Shown: positions 52,301-64,000, counted from the stretch's first letter. The stretch is 64,000 bases of DNA from Blepharisma stoltei ATCC 30299 (GCA_965603825.1 CBFDEM010000063.1:186001-250000), one strand, 5' to 3'. Notes: generated from the letters alone by a model not told the origin. Numbers and translations: made by a program.

Positions 52301-55300
52301 ACCCTTGAAAACAACGTGGTGTACAGAAATAAAGGACATGCTTACTTCGTAGAAGATGGCATTGAGACTATGAACAAGTTCATCCATAATTTGGGTATTA
52401 GCACCATTGCATCATTTTCTCTGCTGAATACTGACCAAGAGCCTGCTACTTTTTGGATAACCAATCCTAATAACATTTTTATAGGAAACCATGCTGCAGG
52501 TTCAGATAGGTTCGGATACTGGATTGAGCCACCTGAGCACCCAGGCGGGCCATCAGCAACTACACTTATATGTCCTCCATTTATGCCTCTAGGAGAATTC
52601 AAAAACAATACTGCCCACTCTAATGGAAAATACGGTTTCAGAATTTGGCTTGGCCACGTGCCTCTTGCTAACCCTTGCTCTCCAGGCAGAGATAAATCCT
52701 TACGTGACCCATTCTCAGTCAACACCCCAATTACTGCTACCTATTATAACTACACAGGCTGGAAAAACGAGCAAGACGGCGCAATTGCTGAAGATGTCGG
52801 AGATGTCAGATTTGTTGGCTTTAAAGTAGCAGACCACCACAAGAACGGTATTGAAATTTCATACTCAGAGTTCTCCACACCTTACCAAACTGCCAGAATC
52901 CATGATGCTTTGATTATCGGTAAGTCTAAAAACACTGAAGATGACGTTGCTGGCGCAATTGGGCTAACAACTCCACAGACAGATGGACTTTTAATTGAAA
53001 ATGTAAGGTTCCATAACTTTGACGACAAAATGTACCCACTTGGAGACGAATCCCACTCAGAAAATGTCCAGTCAAGAGATTGGGGTGGAGTTATGCACAA
53101 GTTTTCTGGACTTTCATTTACTAACTCCAATAAGAGAATTCTTTGGAATGTTCCATATAGAGGAATCTTCCACTTCCTTGATGACTCTTATAATGGTGTA
53201 GCTGGGTCTTATGTGACTGCATATTGGCCTCATTTGATAACTCCTGAGTGTGTCTATGAGGAAGACCTATACAACGCCATTAGTTGTGACTCAACTGTAG
53301 CTGTAAAAAGAGTCCTTTTCTATAATCATGTTCCTAATGGCATTTTCTCATTCCAGAATTTGAATATAAGAAGAACATCAGGAAATGAGCTCCCAACAGA
53401 AGATGTAGAAGTCACAGTTGATGGGACAACTTCAACTGTAACTCAGCCAACCTGGGGCAAACTCCCAATGACGAAATCATGTCAGAAGAAAGACCCACTT
53501 AAAGGATGGGGTATCCCAGTCGTGACTGGCTATAACTATACACTGTTCTGGGGAAGAGGATATCCTCTAGACTGGACTGAACTTGACATCAGGATTGAGC
53601 AGTTTGACTATGATGAAGCTGACAAGTGGGTGATAATCAGCATGAACTTTACAGACCATCGTGAAATGTTCAACCTCACCCGTGGAACCCTCCCATCATC
53701 TGTAGACACATCAGCTCCTGGTTTTGTAGATCCTACTAAACTGAAAAGAACTACCCATTTCAACGTAGATACCGACACTTCAGGAACATTTTACTGGGAT
53801 AACTCAACAGATAACAGAAGAATCGACATCCTTCTCAACGGAGTCAATGACCACCAATACCAATATGGACCTATCCATGCTAAAGCTTGGAGATGCTACG
53901 GAGACCATTGCAGTACTCTTGAAACAACTGATGACAGCTTGAAGAATTTATCAGTCGTCTATTGGAGTGACCCTACTATTTGGCCAAACGGTGTGTTACC
54001 AACAGCCGGCCAAAACGTTTTTGTCCTAAATTCTTGGCATTTAATGCTAGATATTGATACTCCAAAATTCCACTATGTTGAAATTAACGGTCTTCTTGAA
54101 TTCGACAGGACTAAAAACGTATCATTAAGCTCTGAATGGATATTCGTAAGAGGTGGAAAACTCACATCAGGAAGCGAAGAATACCCTATCCCACCTAACA
54201 TTTTCCACACAATTACTCTTCATGGCCATCCAAACTCTGAAGAATTCGCATTTTCCAATGACGTTGAAGGAGGCAATAAGGTCCTTGCCATTACAGGAGA
54301 AGTCCAAATGCATGGATACCCTAAGACTCCATACTCTTTCTTGTCTCAAAATGCATATCCAGGTGACTCATTTATCTTTGTAGATAGCGTTGATTGGAGT
54401 GTAGGTGATGAAATTGTGATTGCCCCATCTGGCTTTGATAATACAGAAGACGAAGTCTTTGTGATAACAGACATAATTGGAGCTTCAGCCCAATATGTAA
54501 TCCCTGCTATGAACAGCTCTAGGATGCTTGTTGACTTTGCAACTGATTCTGACTGGAATAAAGTCAATAACCTCAGAAATGTAGGGAAAAACCCTAACAG
54601 CATTGACCAAAGCTTGTCTCAACAGTCAGTTCCAGGCTCCTCTACTGGGATTACCAAGATTATGCTTAATAGCACCCTTAAATACTACCATTCTGGAGTC
54701 CAAATGTTGATCCAAGGAGTTACAGTTGACACCAGGACTGAAGTCGGAGTTCTAACCAGAAATGTTAAAATCCAAGGAGATGGCTACGTTGGCTGGGGCT
54801 GCACAACAATTGTCAGTGATTTCTATGATGTTTTGACCACCAGTGGTACCCCTGCTTACAGATATGGTAGAGTCAATCTTACAAACGTCGAGTATTCTAA
54901 ATGTGCCCAAGAAGATACCACCAAGGGTTCTATCCGATTTGAGCTCGGTGGAAAGATCCCATCACGAGTCCATAACTCAGTCTTTAGAGACTCTTATTCA
55001 TATGCAGCCTTTTTCCATCAAACCAGCAACGTGGAGTTCTCTAACAACTTCATCTATAAGACCATTTGGAAAGGAATTGTCGGCTCTGACATCAAAAATG
55101 TCACTCTTTCAAATAACGTGCTTGTCAAGACAGCAAATAGAGGATTCTTGAGCAATGCATTAGACGTCCCTGCAGGATTCTTTATATGTGGTGATAATCC
55201 TCTTTGCAGCAATGTATCGACAGTTGGAAACAGAGTAGTAGGGTCTGATAGCGTTTCCTTTATTCTTGGAGGGCAAAATTGTGATACCAATGTGGTTACC

Positions 55301-57484
55301 CATTATATTGCAGACAATGTTGCCCACTCTTCACTTTATGGTTATGTTATCAGTGGACAAAATAATGTGAAATGTGCTGCTGCAACTGGTCTAAAGGCTT
55401 GGTTTTGCCAGCAAGGTGTAGGCTCTCAAGGAGGATTAGTCAATAGATTTCAATTCTCAGGACTTGTACTAGTGGAGAATCAAATGGGTATTGCAATCAG
55501 AGGACAACATAATGATGACTTTGTACCATATGTCAGCACTATAACTGATAGCTTGATTGTAGGGAGAACTCAACAGAGCTATTGTGACCCTACAAATTGT
55601 ACATCTGCAGACTGCGCTGATAGAAAAGGTATTGTAACAGGTGTCCATGATGTCAAGATCTTCGACCTTGAATATGACCAGAAAATGAAGCTTCCTCTCT
55701 ATGATGCTAAAAAGATGGAATGCGGCTATGGCCACTGGGAATACTCAGGCACTACCTTTGTTAACTTAGTAAAAACATCATGCGGAAGAGATTACGCTAT
55801 CGGCGGAAATGAATTGGTTCCTAACTTGCCTCAGCCCAATCTGTTCTCGAAATCAACATTTATCAACGTAGACAAAGGATCAATAGCTTACATGCCAGAA
55901 CCTGATAAAAGCTTAATTGGTGTTGGCTTTTGTGGAAACTGGGTATGCACAGGAGCTAATAACAACTTAATCCAAGACATTGACGGCACTATTACTGGCG
56001 GGTCTATCGGAGGAGCAGTAATTCCTTTAGTCCCAGGCATCGCAAACATAAACATATGCAAGCCATATACCCAAGGTCAGGTTTATATTTGTCCTTACGA
56101 TACCACATCAGGTGAAGTCTATGAATTTGTCATCATTGAGTCATTAGACAGCGATAAATGGAACAGAACATTTTCACCATTAAACATTACTTCATTTGAC
56201 GTCGGAAATGGCTTTGCCTTTAAGAGTTACAACTACGGAGCATTTAGAAATGACTTGAACGAATACGAAGATATGACTTGGGAAGGCTTCTATAGAGATA
56301 ATTCCCATTTAAGCAGGTTTGGATCAATCATTTATACAGGACAGTATTACAATTTGACAACTACTGGGACTCCTCCAACTAAATTCTCAATTGTAACTGA
56401 AGCTTCTGTTGATCAATCTAGAGGATTCGTTATGGCACTTAGATATGATAGCCCAGTCATTGTAGATGTATACGTCAATGGTACAAAAGTAGACGCAATT
56501 GAGTATGTGAGCGGTGAAAATACCCCAGTTGTTCAGCTCACTGACCCCACAGGAACAAATAGATGGTTCCATGAAAACGCTACTATTCAATGGGTCCAAA
56601 AAGGTCACGCAAATATCACGCTTGTCCAAACAAGCTCAGTCAGACTGACAATGCAGCTAGACATGACACTAAAGGAGTATTACAGCGATAACACTCGTGC
56701 TACCTTAATTGACAAGCTTGCATCAGTCCTTGGCATCCCATCTTACAGAATAAGAGTTGCAAGTGTCAAGCAAGGCTCAGTCATCCTCAACATGTTCATT
56801 AAACCAGATGAAACCTTATCTGGACAAACAGACTCTACAGGTGCTAAAGCACAAGATAAAGAGTTAGCCAGCATTAACACATTAGTTACTTCGCTTGCAT
56901 CTACTGGGAAACTTAGCCAAGCTCTTGGAAAGACTGTATTAAGCATAGACTCCCAAACTTCTATAGTCAATTCCACAGCTAGTGTAGCAGTAAATACTGG
57001 AGGAAGCGGAAACACTGGTGGAAATACTGGCGAAGGAAATACTGGCGGAGGAAATAATGGTGGAGATCCAGGTACTGGAGGTGGAAACACTGACAACGGA
57101 GGAGGGTCTAATATCGTCTTTAAAGGCACTTTTAATGAAGCAGTCAGCGACTGGGTTATTGGACTTCTTGTCGGCATTATTTTAGTAGTCATGGCAATTG
57201 GGTCGATCATTGCTTATGCATTTAGCAAGAGAAAGAGATTGTTCCTTGCAGAGCCACCTTCTGCTAAGGTTATCCCAATTCTAGAAGAAGTTGATGAGCA
57301 GCATGCAATTTCCTTTGACTCTCCTAAAAAACAAGCCTTTGAATTCGAAGCTGGAGACGCTAGAGACTTGCATAAAATCTTTACAAAAGAGGAAGAAGGA
57401 AAAGAAATGGACCAAGGACAAGTAAAGACACTGGAAGGTGAAGAGAGAAAGGTCATTCGTCATGCATCCCTTGTGGATGTTTAG
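46397..57484 (+). CDS. Fibrocystin-L (PKHD1L1)-like giant type I membrane protein, 3695 aa
   Basis: Signal peptide MFLIALVIQALFISVNG from ATG 46397 is in frame with the track ORF through one TGA (46451). IPT/TIG repeats (ISP..GS..GGT.ITI.G.GF), PA14 (SDD...), two G8 domains (WS...TWGG, YWSDP..W), PbH1 region (GQA..LGRYP.HFH), Gly-rich stalk, TM helix WVIGLLVGII.., cytosolic tail. Confidence 0.92.
56995..57110 (+). repeat. Gly/Asn/Thr low-complexity coding repeat (NTGG units) in the juxtamembrane stalk
   Basis: NTGGSGNTGGNTGEGNTGGGNNGGDPGTGGGNTDNGGGS. Confidence 0.8.
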
Positions 57485-58254
57485 TCTCAAGTAGACATAA
57501 TAAATAAGTTCAATTACTTAATTTAAATAAAGAATCATAAATGGATTATTTTATTGTTTAGCACCATAAAAAATGATTTTTATGGGCTATTTACTAGAAT
57601 AAATAGATTGGAAGCAAATAAGACAATTTTATAATTTTATTAGTATTAAATTAATTTATAAAAAATGGAAAATTCTGATACTTGAAAATAATTTAAATGC
57701 CTTCCTTTTATTTTGCATAAGATCTGCATTAAAATTATTTTTATCACAATTGGATTAAAGTTTAAGGTAAAAATGAAAGCAAATGATTCATAAAGAATAC
57801 TATATAAGCCTTAGTAAGGGTTTAAAGTAACTTGCTATGCTAAATTTCTCCCATAATTTTGACTACCTTTTTTCACTTTAATTGATATGATATCCGGCAT
57901 TTATATAAATCTAGAATATTCTATTTCTTATCATTTAATCTGTAGTAAAACAGTTTAATATTTTATTTAGCTTAATTCTCTAGTTAAATTTTATTTCAAG
58001 CCAGTTTGCTAACTATGGAAGTATAATTACGATAATCTAAAGATTATAAATATTTCTAGCGATTTCAGGATATTTTTGTAAAAAGTCTCATATTTTATTT
58101 TCAGAGCAGATTTAACATATTTTTTTGCTCTTATTATTAAATTTATGCTTCAAAATTTTAGCTCAGTTCATAAATCGTATATTTATTTACCCTCTCTGGT
58201 ATTAATAAGGATTGCATTGAATTAATTCGCCATCATTAAACTTATAATAATTAG

Positions 58255-59691
58255 ATGCTTTCGTCAATATTTTCCAAGGTAGAAAGCCTTACAGAGAGCC
58301 ATTTCTGGTCACCTCATGAAAACCATGATCGTGAAGATCTGGGAGAAATTGTATATCAAGGGACTTTGAGCAGACAAAATCCATCTGGCGGTCTCCGTCT
58401 TGAGACTTATTATTTAACCAGTAAAAAGCTCATTTATTTCCAAAATTCCAATGGTCTTACGAAATACAGCAATTTGAGCTGAAAGGTGATCGAGCCTTTT
58501 GTTGAAGAAGAAGCCTCACGAAGATATGGATTTTGTATTTCTTATGGGAAAAAATGTAAATATTTTTACACTAAGTCATCTGACGATCTAGATAAATGGC
58601 TTAACCATTTATCGTTCTCCGCAATTATGACAGATATAGAAAATGATTATTTGTTCCAAAAACAAATTGGGACAGGGAGTTTCGCAGCAGTTTATTTAGC
58701 GAAAGATTTAGATAGCAAAAAGTCTTTCGCGATAAAATCAATAAATAAAGTTGTGATACAAAGAAATAAAAGAAACTTAGACCAAATTATCAGAGAAATC
58801 GAAATAATGCGGCAAATCGACCACCCAAATATTGCTAAGCTTTATAAGATTTATGAGAGTGAGACTCATGTCCATCTGGTCCTCGAATATGTTGCGGGAG
58901 GCACACTCTTACAGAGGCTAACCACAAAAGGACCATTTTCAGAAGAAAAATCGGCAAAATTCATAGAGAAATTTTTGAAGGTTTTGCGGTACCTTTGCCA
59001 AAACAACATTGTACATAGAGATATTAAGCCAGAAAATATCTTAATGACCGATGAAAATAAAGACACAAGTTTTAAATTAATAGATTTTGGGCTTGCATGT
59101 GTATATACTGGAAATTTAACCTCTAGCTGTGGATCGCCAGGCTACGTTGCCCCAGAAATTTTAAGAAAAATTCCTTATGATCCAAAAGTCGATGTTTTTA
59201 GTGCTGGCATTATTTTGTATATAATATTATCTGGCAGAGCTCCATTTTCAGCCGGATCTCCAAAAGAAACACTAGTAAAAAATAGAGAGTGCTTCATAAC
59301 ATTTTCTGAAAAATATTGGGGTAATGTCTCCAGACAAGCCATAAATGTTGTTCTGAGACTTACCCAGCCTAATCCTTTATTAAGGCCTACTGCAAAAGAA
59401 GCCTTAGCTTATGAATGGTTTAGATGGAAAAGTAATGAAAACATGCTCTTAAAATCTACACCTACAAGCTTTAGCGGCGTTTGGAGCAACTTGCCAACAA
59501 ATCCTTCACCTGTAGATACGAGTAAAAAGGGCTTGTCATCTAATAGAAGTGTAAGAATGTTTCCGTTTCTCGGTGAAAAAAATCGTATAAGCATGAAAAA
59601 GTTTAATAATCCGAAACTAGCAAAAAAGATTTCAATGGATTTGAGAAGAGAAATTGAAACTCCAAAGATCAAAGTAAAAATACATTCATAA
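58255..59691 (+). CDS. PH-like domain + CAMK-group Ser/Thr kinase
   Basis: TGA 58480-58482 joins the two ORFs; PH-type WLNHL helix; GTGSFA, AIK, HRDIKPEN, DFG, CGSPGYVAPE. Confidence 0.9.
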
Positions 59692-59814
59692 GTAAATTGT
59701 TTTTGTAAATTTTTAATTAAGTTATTTGAAAATATTTCAATAATTTTCTTTTGAATTAAATTAAATATAAAAATTATTAATTTTAAATAAAATAATTATT
59801 AAGCCATAATTTAA

Positions 59815-61026
59815 TTATTTGTCATCAATACATGTCGATAGCAGCCTATTGTAAAATCGTTCTGTGTATTTTTGCTCCTGCATTATCTTTTCTGGAGTAG
59901 CATTAAAAGCATGGCTTTCTCTATATGGCAGCTTGCATTCAGAACTAACAAGAGACATATATTTTGGCTCTTTTTTCAAATCAAAATAAGGTGGCATTCC
60001 ACATCCAACTTCAGAAGCATTTTTTCCATATGAAACTTCATTAAATTCATACCACATTCATTGATATAAATTTACCAGAGCTCTGAATACTGGATATTTA
60101 TGAAGCATATAATATTTTCACTCATAGCTCACCCTTACTTTAGGATTAATATAAATTTTATCATATCCCTTTTTCCTATAATCTGTGCATATCAGTAAGC
60201 ACTCGCTTTGTGGGCATTCACAATTTTCTGAGTCATATTTTCTAGGCCTAAATTTGACACCTTGTTTTAAGATAGGTTCAGCATTAAGGATTGCAATTCC
60301 ATTTCAGCACGAATAAACTTCAAAAGGCTCATTATTTTTTATTAAGACCTGAGACTCGTTGTGACGAGTAAATGGATAATTCCCAGAGAACCAGTACCCT
60401 TCTACATCCCTTGCAACTAAAGTATCATAAAATTCATAATAAAAATCTAAAGGGCATACAACGTCAAAATTCCCTTCTTTTGTGTAAATCAATTCCAGAA
60501 TTTCGTCAGCTGTAAAATAAATATCATTGAGAAACACAATTTTTGTAGGCCATTCATTATGCTCAAAGGTGTGGTCATATAAAGGTAAAAGTGCCACATT
60601 ACGGATTCCAGCCATTTTTCGATATCGATACTCGGCCTTCATTTTAAAGACTTTTTTGGAAAGTTCTTCTCCTAATATTTGTTTTCCTTCCCATGCATTA
60701 CTTCCTGTCATATTGCACACAATAATTGTGTTAGGAATATCCAAAGATTTCTGAAATTCCTTTAATAGTGAAGCAGTGTCATCTTCGCTGCCGTTTTCAA
60801 AAAAACTCACATAGAGGTTCTCACCATTTCTAAGCTCTTTTAAGAGTTTTTTTATTTCAGGGATTGTGTATTCTAAGGCTTCTTGTGAGTTAAAATAATT
60901 TGCAACTAAAAAGTAGTTTTCGTTGATACGCTTATGAGGACTTGAAGTCGTCTGAAAAAGAAAAAAAGTGCATGCAAGGATTCCTGCACTCAAAATAACT
61001 AAAGTCCCTAGTTTCATTATATTCAT
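59815..61026 (-). CDS. CAP59/CMT1-like (GT69) alpha-1,3-mannosyltransferase, type II membrane protein
   Basis: N-terminal TM; FENGSEDDT, R...MAGIRN.AL.PL, VFLNDIYF, CPLDF..FYD..VARD..G, VYSC-W(TGA 60304)-NGI, SECLLIC.D, INPKVRVSY. Confidence 0.85.
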
Positions 61027-61059
61027 ATTTTACTATCTACTTAAACGTGTACATATTTA
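61027..61059. promoter_or_regulatory. 33-bp divergent intergenic spacer (putative bidirectional promoter)
   Basis: Head-to-head ATGs at 61026(-) and 61060(+); contains AAACGTGTACAT. Confidence 0.55.
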
Positions 61060-61650
61060 ATGCTGGCTTTTCTTTGTTTATTGGTCGGAACTGCTCATGC
61101 ACTTTTCTTTAATCTCCCAGGTAAAACAGAACAATGCTTTGCGGTCACAGTTTCCAGAGGAGCAGAACTATGGGGTGTCTATATAGTTTCTGGGGAAGGC
61201 GATCAAAATGTTCTAGCTCGTGTAACAGGGCCAGATGGTCGTGTTCATTTTCAAAGCAAGCCAAAGGCACGTGAAGGGTCTTTCGAACTGACTCCAGAGC
61301 CAACTGGTGACTATCGTTTGTGCTTCCAAGCTAAAGACAGCCGTCAGAAGACAATTTCCTTTGAGTTTTCCAGCCAGGAAAAGGTCGTAGAAGATAAATT
61401 AGCTACTGAAGAAGAAATGACACCTTTAAAGGAAACCTTAAAACAATTATCTAGGAACTTAGACAGCGTCTATAGAAATATTCACTTTTACGAAAGAAGA
61501 GAAAAAATACACAGAGACTTGGCTGAAAGGACTTGTGATAGAGTGCTGTGGAGCGCCATGGGAAAGATATTTGTGCTTTGCGTGATCAGTTTAATGCAGA
61601 TTTTCATGTTGAGAAGCTTTTTCGATTCTAAAAAGTCGACTGGGGTATAA
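61060..61650 (+). CDS. p24/emp24/TMED GOLD-domain cargo receptor
   Basis: Signal peptide, EQCF...GDYRLCF GOLD domain, coiled coil RE..HR...E.T..RV.W, TM, FF..KK tail. Confidence 0.93.
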   Translation: MLAFLCLLVGTAHALFFNLPGKTEQCFAVTVSRGAELWGVYIVSGEGDQNVLARVTGPDGRVHFQSKPKAREGSFELTPEPTGDYRLCFQAKDSRQKTISFEFSSQEKVVEDKLATEEEMTPLKETLKQLSRNLDSVYRNIHFYERREKIHRDLAERTCDRVLWSAMGKIFVLCVISLMQIFMLRSFFDSKKSTGV

Positions 61651-61820
61651 GTAATAAGAAATATTAGTTAAAGTAATTATGCAATAGGAAATTCCAATAA
61701 AAATATAATTTTAAATATATCCTATTAATATCAAATAAAAATGCTATTCAATTATGCAAAAAAACTTAATAGAGCAGATTATTTATTTTACAAAATCAAT
61801 AATTAGGCATCTTTATTTAA

Positions 61821-62867
61821 ATGGAAAACCCAAATAATTTCCCAGTATTGTCAAGAACACATAACAATATTTTGCTAATCACACTAAATAGAGCTTCAGC
61901 TCTCAACTCACTCAATCTAGAAATGCTTGGAATCTTATCACAAATAACTCAGGAAGCAGAAAAATCAAACTCTCCAATAATTTTTATAGGCGAAGGACGT
62001 GCATTTTGTGCAGGAGGAGATATAGTGAGCATTGCTAAAGGTGACACAAGTCCTGAAGAGTTTTTTGGGTCAGAGTTTACCTATTTCCACTATTTATCCA
62101 GGCTTCATACAGAAAGAATTGCAATTATGGACGGTATTGTTATGGGCGGAGGTGTAGGGCTATCAATGGCTTGTTCTAAAAGGATAGCAACACCAAAGAC
62201 TTTATGGGCCATGCCTGAAACTGCAATTGGTTTTACGCCAGATGTTGGATCTACTTATTTTCTAAATAGAATAAATCCACCTGAGCTAGGGCTTTATTTA
62301 GCCTTAACAGGTGACAGATTATCTGGTGTTGACTGTTTTTTATTTGGAATTGCAGATTATTATATAGAAAATAGTATAGAAACTGTAAAAAATCAATTAA
62401 TTCAAGAAGATTTTGCCACTGTTTTAGCAAGACATCATACAGATCCAAATCCAAGCAATTCAAAAATTATGCAAAATATCCAAAACATTAGATATTGTTT
62501 TGAAACTCATGGAAATCTAGAAGGCATTTTAGGAAAACTCAATAATTTGAATAATCAATGGTCTACACAAGTTCTTGAAAAATTGCAAGAAATGTGCCCG
62601 CTGTCGCTAAGGATTGCATATGAGTCTTTTAACAGAGGAAGACACATGAATTATGCGGAATGCTTGATAATGGAGTATAATCTTGTAATACAGTTAACAA
62701 AGCACAGAAATTATAATTTCAAAGAAGCAGTCACTCATAAATTCATAAATAAAGCCAAAGGCAAGCCTAATTGGAACCCAAGCAGCATTTCTGAAGTTGG
62801 GGACTCATTAACACTAAGTTACTTCCTTAACACAGAAGGCCCAAGATTATCCTTACCGCGGCTTTAA
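61821..62867 (+). CDS. HIBCH: 3-hydroxyisobutyryl-CoA hydrolase (crotonase family)
   Basis: LNR..ALNSL, AFCAGGD, MDGIVMGGGVGL, AMPETAIGF.PDVG, LALTG.RL, CPLSL, P.W.P. Confidence 0.88.
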   Translation: MENPNNFPVLSRTHNNILLITLNRASALNSLNLEMLGILSQITQEAEKSNSPIIFIGEGRAFCAGGDIVSIAKGDTSPEEFFGSEFTYFHYLSRLHTERIAIMDGIVMGGGVGLSMACSKRIATPKTLWAMPETAIGFTPDVGSTYFLNRINPPELGLYLALTGDRLSGVDCFLFGIADYYIENSIETVKNQLIQEDFATVLARHHTDPNPSNSKIMQNIQNIRYCFETHGNLEGILGKLNNLNNQWSTQVLEKLQEMCPLSLRIAYESFNRGRHMNYAECLIMEYNLVIQLTKHRNYNFKEAVTHKFINKAKGKPNWNPSSISEVGDSLTLSYFLNTEGPRLSLPRL

Positions 62868-62914
62868 TTAATCCTTATTAATTTTATTCCAAATAAATTA
62901 GAGAGTTCCACGTC

Positions 62915-63754
62915 ATGTTCTACACACTGACTCTTTTATCTCTTTTTTCCGTCATTTCCTACTGCAAGACATGCTTAGAAATAACAGCAGATTCTGAAGA
63001 CAAGTATATTAAAGAATTATCAAAAGATGTTGAATTTGATGACAAGTAAACGATATTTAGATGCCTAAAAGATCTCATGGTCAAGCAATGGTGGCAAGCA
63101 TCAATCGAACTCTCTACTTTTGCCATACAGAAAGACCAACAGATAGACCCTTCCTTTAAAGCAGAGGCTTTAAATACTAAGAAAAAGGTAGAAAAATTGA
63201 TTTCATTAATAGAAAATCAAGGGAAAATCAATACGGTTTCTCCAGCTTTCCAATGGGCCCAATCCCCAGACACTGTTTTTATTGAAGTGAAATTTTCCCA
63301 CAGATGGGATTATCCAGGCTGTCTTGAAGTCAGCGACCCAGAAGTCTCAATCAAAGAAGACAGAATCACCTTTACTGGAATGTGCAGCAGATCGAACCAA
63401 AGGATAAAAATTGCTTTGGATCTAGAACTTTACAATAAAATTGTCCCAGAAGCCAGCACTTATTCTATGAAATCTGGAGGCAGACTGAATTTCACCTTGA
63501 AAAAATACGAGGTCGAAGCATGGGCTAAGCCAAATAAAGGGAAAAAACTAAGCAATGCTACTGTTTGGTGGGAAATGAGAGACAAGTATAGAAAAGAAAT
63601 GAATGCACTAACTGGAGAAGAAGACGATGAAGACTACAAAAAACCAAAGAAAACTGGGCTAGAAGATTTAATGGACAATCCTAATGTAGTTATCAAGGAC
63701 TCGTATGTCGATGGAAAGAAAATTGATAACACCAAAGAAAAGCAGGATCTTTAA
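62915..63754 (+). CDS. ER-luminal CS (p23/HSP20-like) domain protein with signal peptide and KQDL; one 15-nt intron
   Basis: ATG at 62915 with a hydrophobic leader; exons 62915-63045 and 63061-63754; PAFQWAQS...FIEVKF, L.L..KI....S, LKK, W CS-domain pattern; terminal KQDL. Confidence 0.85.
63046..63060 (+). other. 15-nt spliceosomal intron GTAAACGATATTTAG
   Basis: GT..AG, contains the only in-frame TAA, has TA with A at -6 (heterotrich tiny-intron consensus); removal restores the frame. Confidence 0.9.
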
Positions 63755-63782
63755 ATAATAGAAGTTACCAAATATTAAAACA

Positions 63783-64000
63783 TTAATTTAAAAGCGCAGG
63801 GTTAGGAGAGTTTTGGTACTCTCTGTCTATATCTGCTAGTTCTTTTCTAGATAATGAGATGCTAAATGCAGCTCTAAGTAGGGAATCTGCATCTAAATTG
63901 GTTTCTATTCTTCGTATAGCCATCAGCAGATTTTCAAAATCTAGATCTCGCAGCTCATTTTTGTACAGTTTAAAGAATCCTAAAAAGACCCGGAAAATAA
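63783..64000 (-). CDS. 3' end of a TBC (Rab-GAP) domain protein
   Basis: IFRVFLGFFKLYKNELRDLDFENLL...DADSLLRAAFSI.LSRKELADIDREY..* fits the usual TBC C-terminal helices; stop TAA 63783-63785. Confidence 0.7.
   Translation of the reverse strand, partial: IFRVFLGFFKLYKNELRDLDFENLLMAIRRIETNLDADSLLRAAFSISLSRKELADIDREYQNSPNPALLN

Noticed and set aside
54592-54599. CCCTAACA heterotrich telomere unit
   Set aside because: A single unit inside coding sequence (NPNS), not an array.
47013-57490. Numerous short antisense and alternative-frame ORFs inside long genes
   Set aside because: Shadow ORFs of codon-biased genes with no independent motifs.
2577-61026. Treating the many TGA-split ORFs as pseudogenes or selenoproteins
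   Set aside because: TGA aligns with conserved Trp, not Cys, and the fragments are in frame without other lesions.
1-64000. tRNA, rRNA, CRISPR arrays, transposases
   Set aside because: None recognisable by eye in this window.

Overview
AT-rich, gene-dense eukaryotic DNA that reads as the macronuclear genome of a heterotrich ciliate, most consistent with Blepharisma. UGA is translated as Trp: in-frame TGA falls at conserved Trp positions and swaps with TGG between paralogs. Every complete gene ends in TAA or TAG, and there is a 15-nt GT-AG intron. The ORF track is therefore fragmented. Read with UGA=W, the window holds about 24 intact or near-intact genes: a B-box/NYN/LOTUS protein, UBE2S, a PTP, two FAAH-like amidases, two kelch proteins, a 2412-aa TRANK1-like UvrD helicase, an MPN/JAMM protein, five membrane hybrid histidine kinases, a 3695-aa fibrocystin-L-like surface protein, a PH-CAMK kinase, a GT69 mannosyltransferase, p24, HIBCH, an ER CS-domain protein and a TBC-domain fragment. 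The 19.6-45.9 kb interval is a birth-and-death histidine-kinase array built by segmental duplication, with pseudogenes, an inverted helicase fragment and a repeat-bounded 426-bp indel. The least explained signal is a GC-rich multi-hairpin element with GNRA tetraloops at about 11086-11187, between the helicase stop and an ATG-less kelch ORF.
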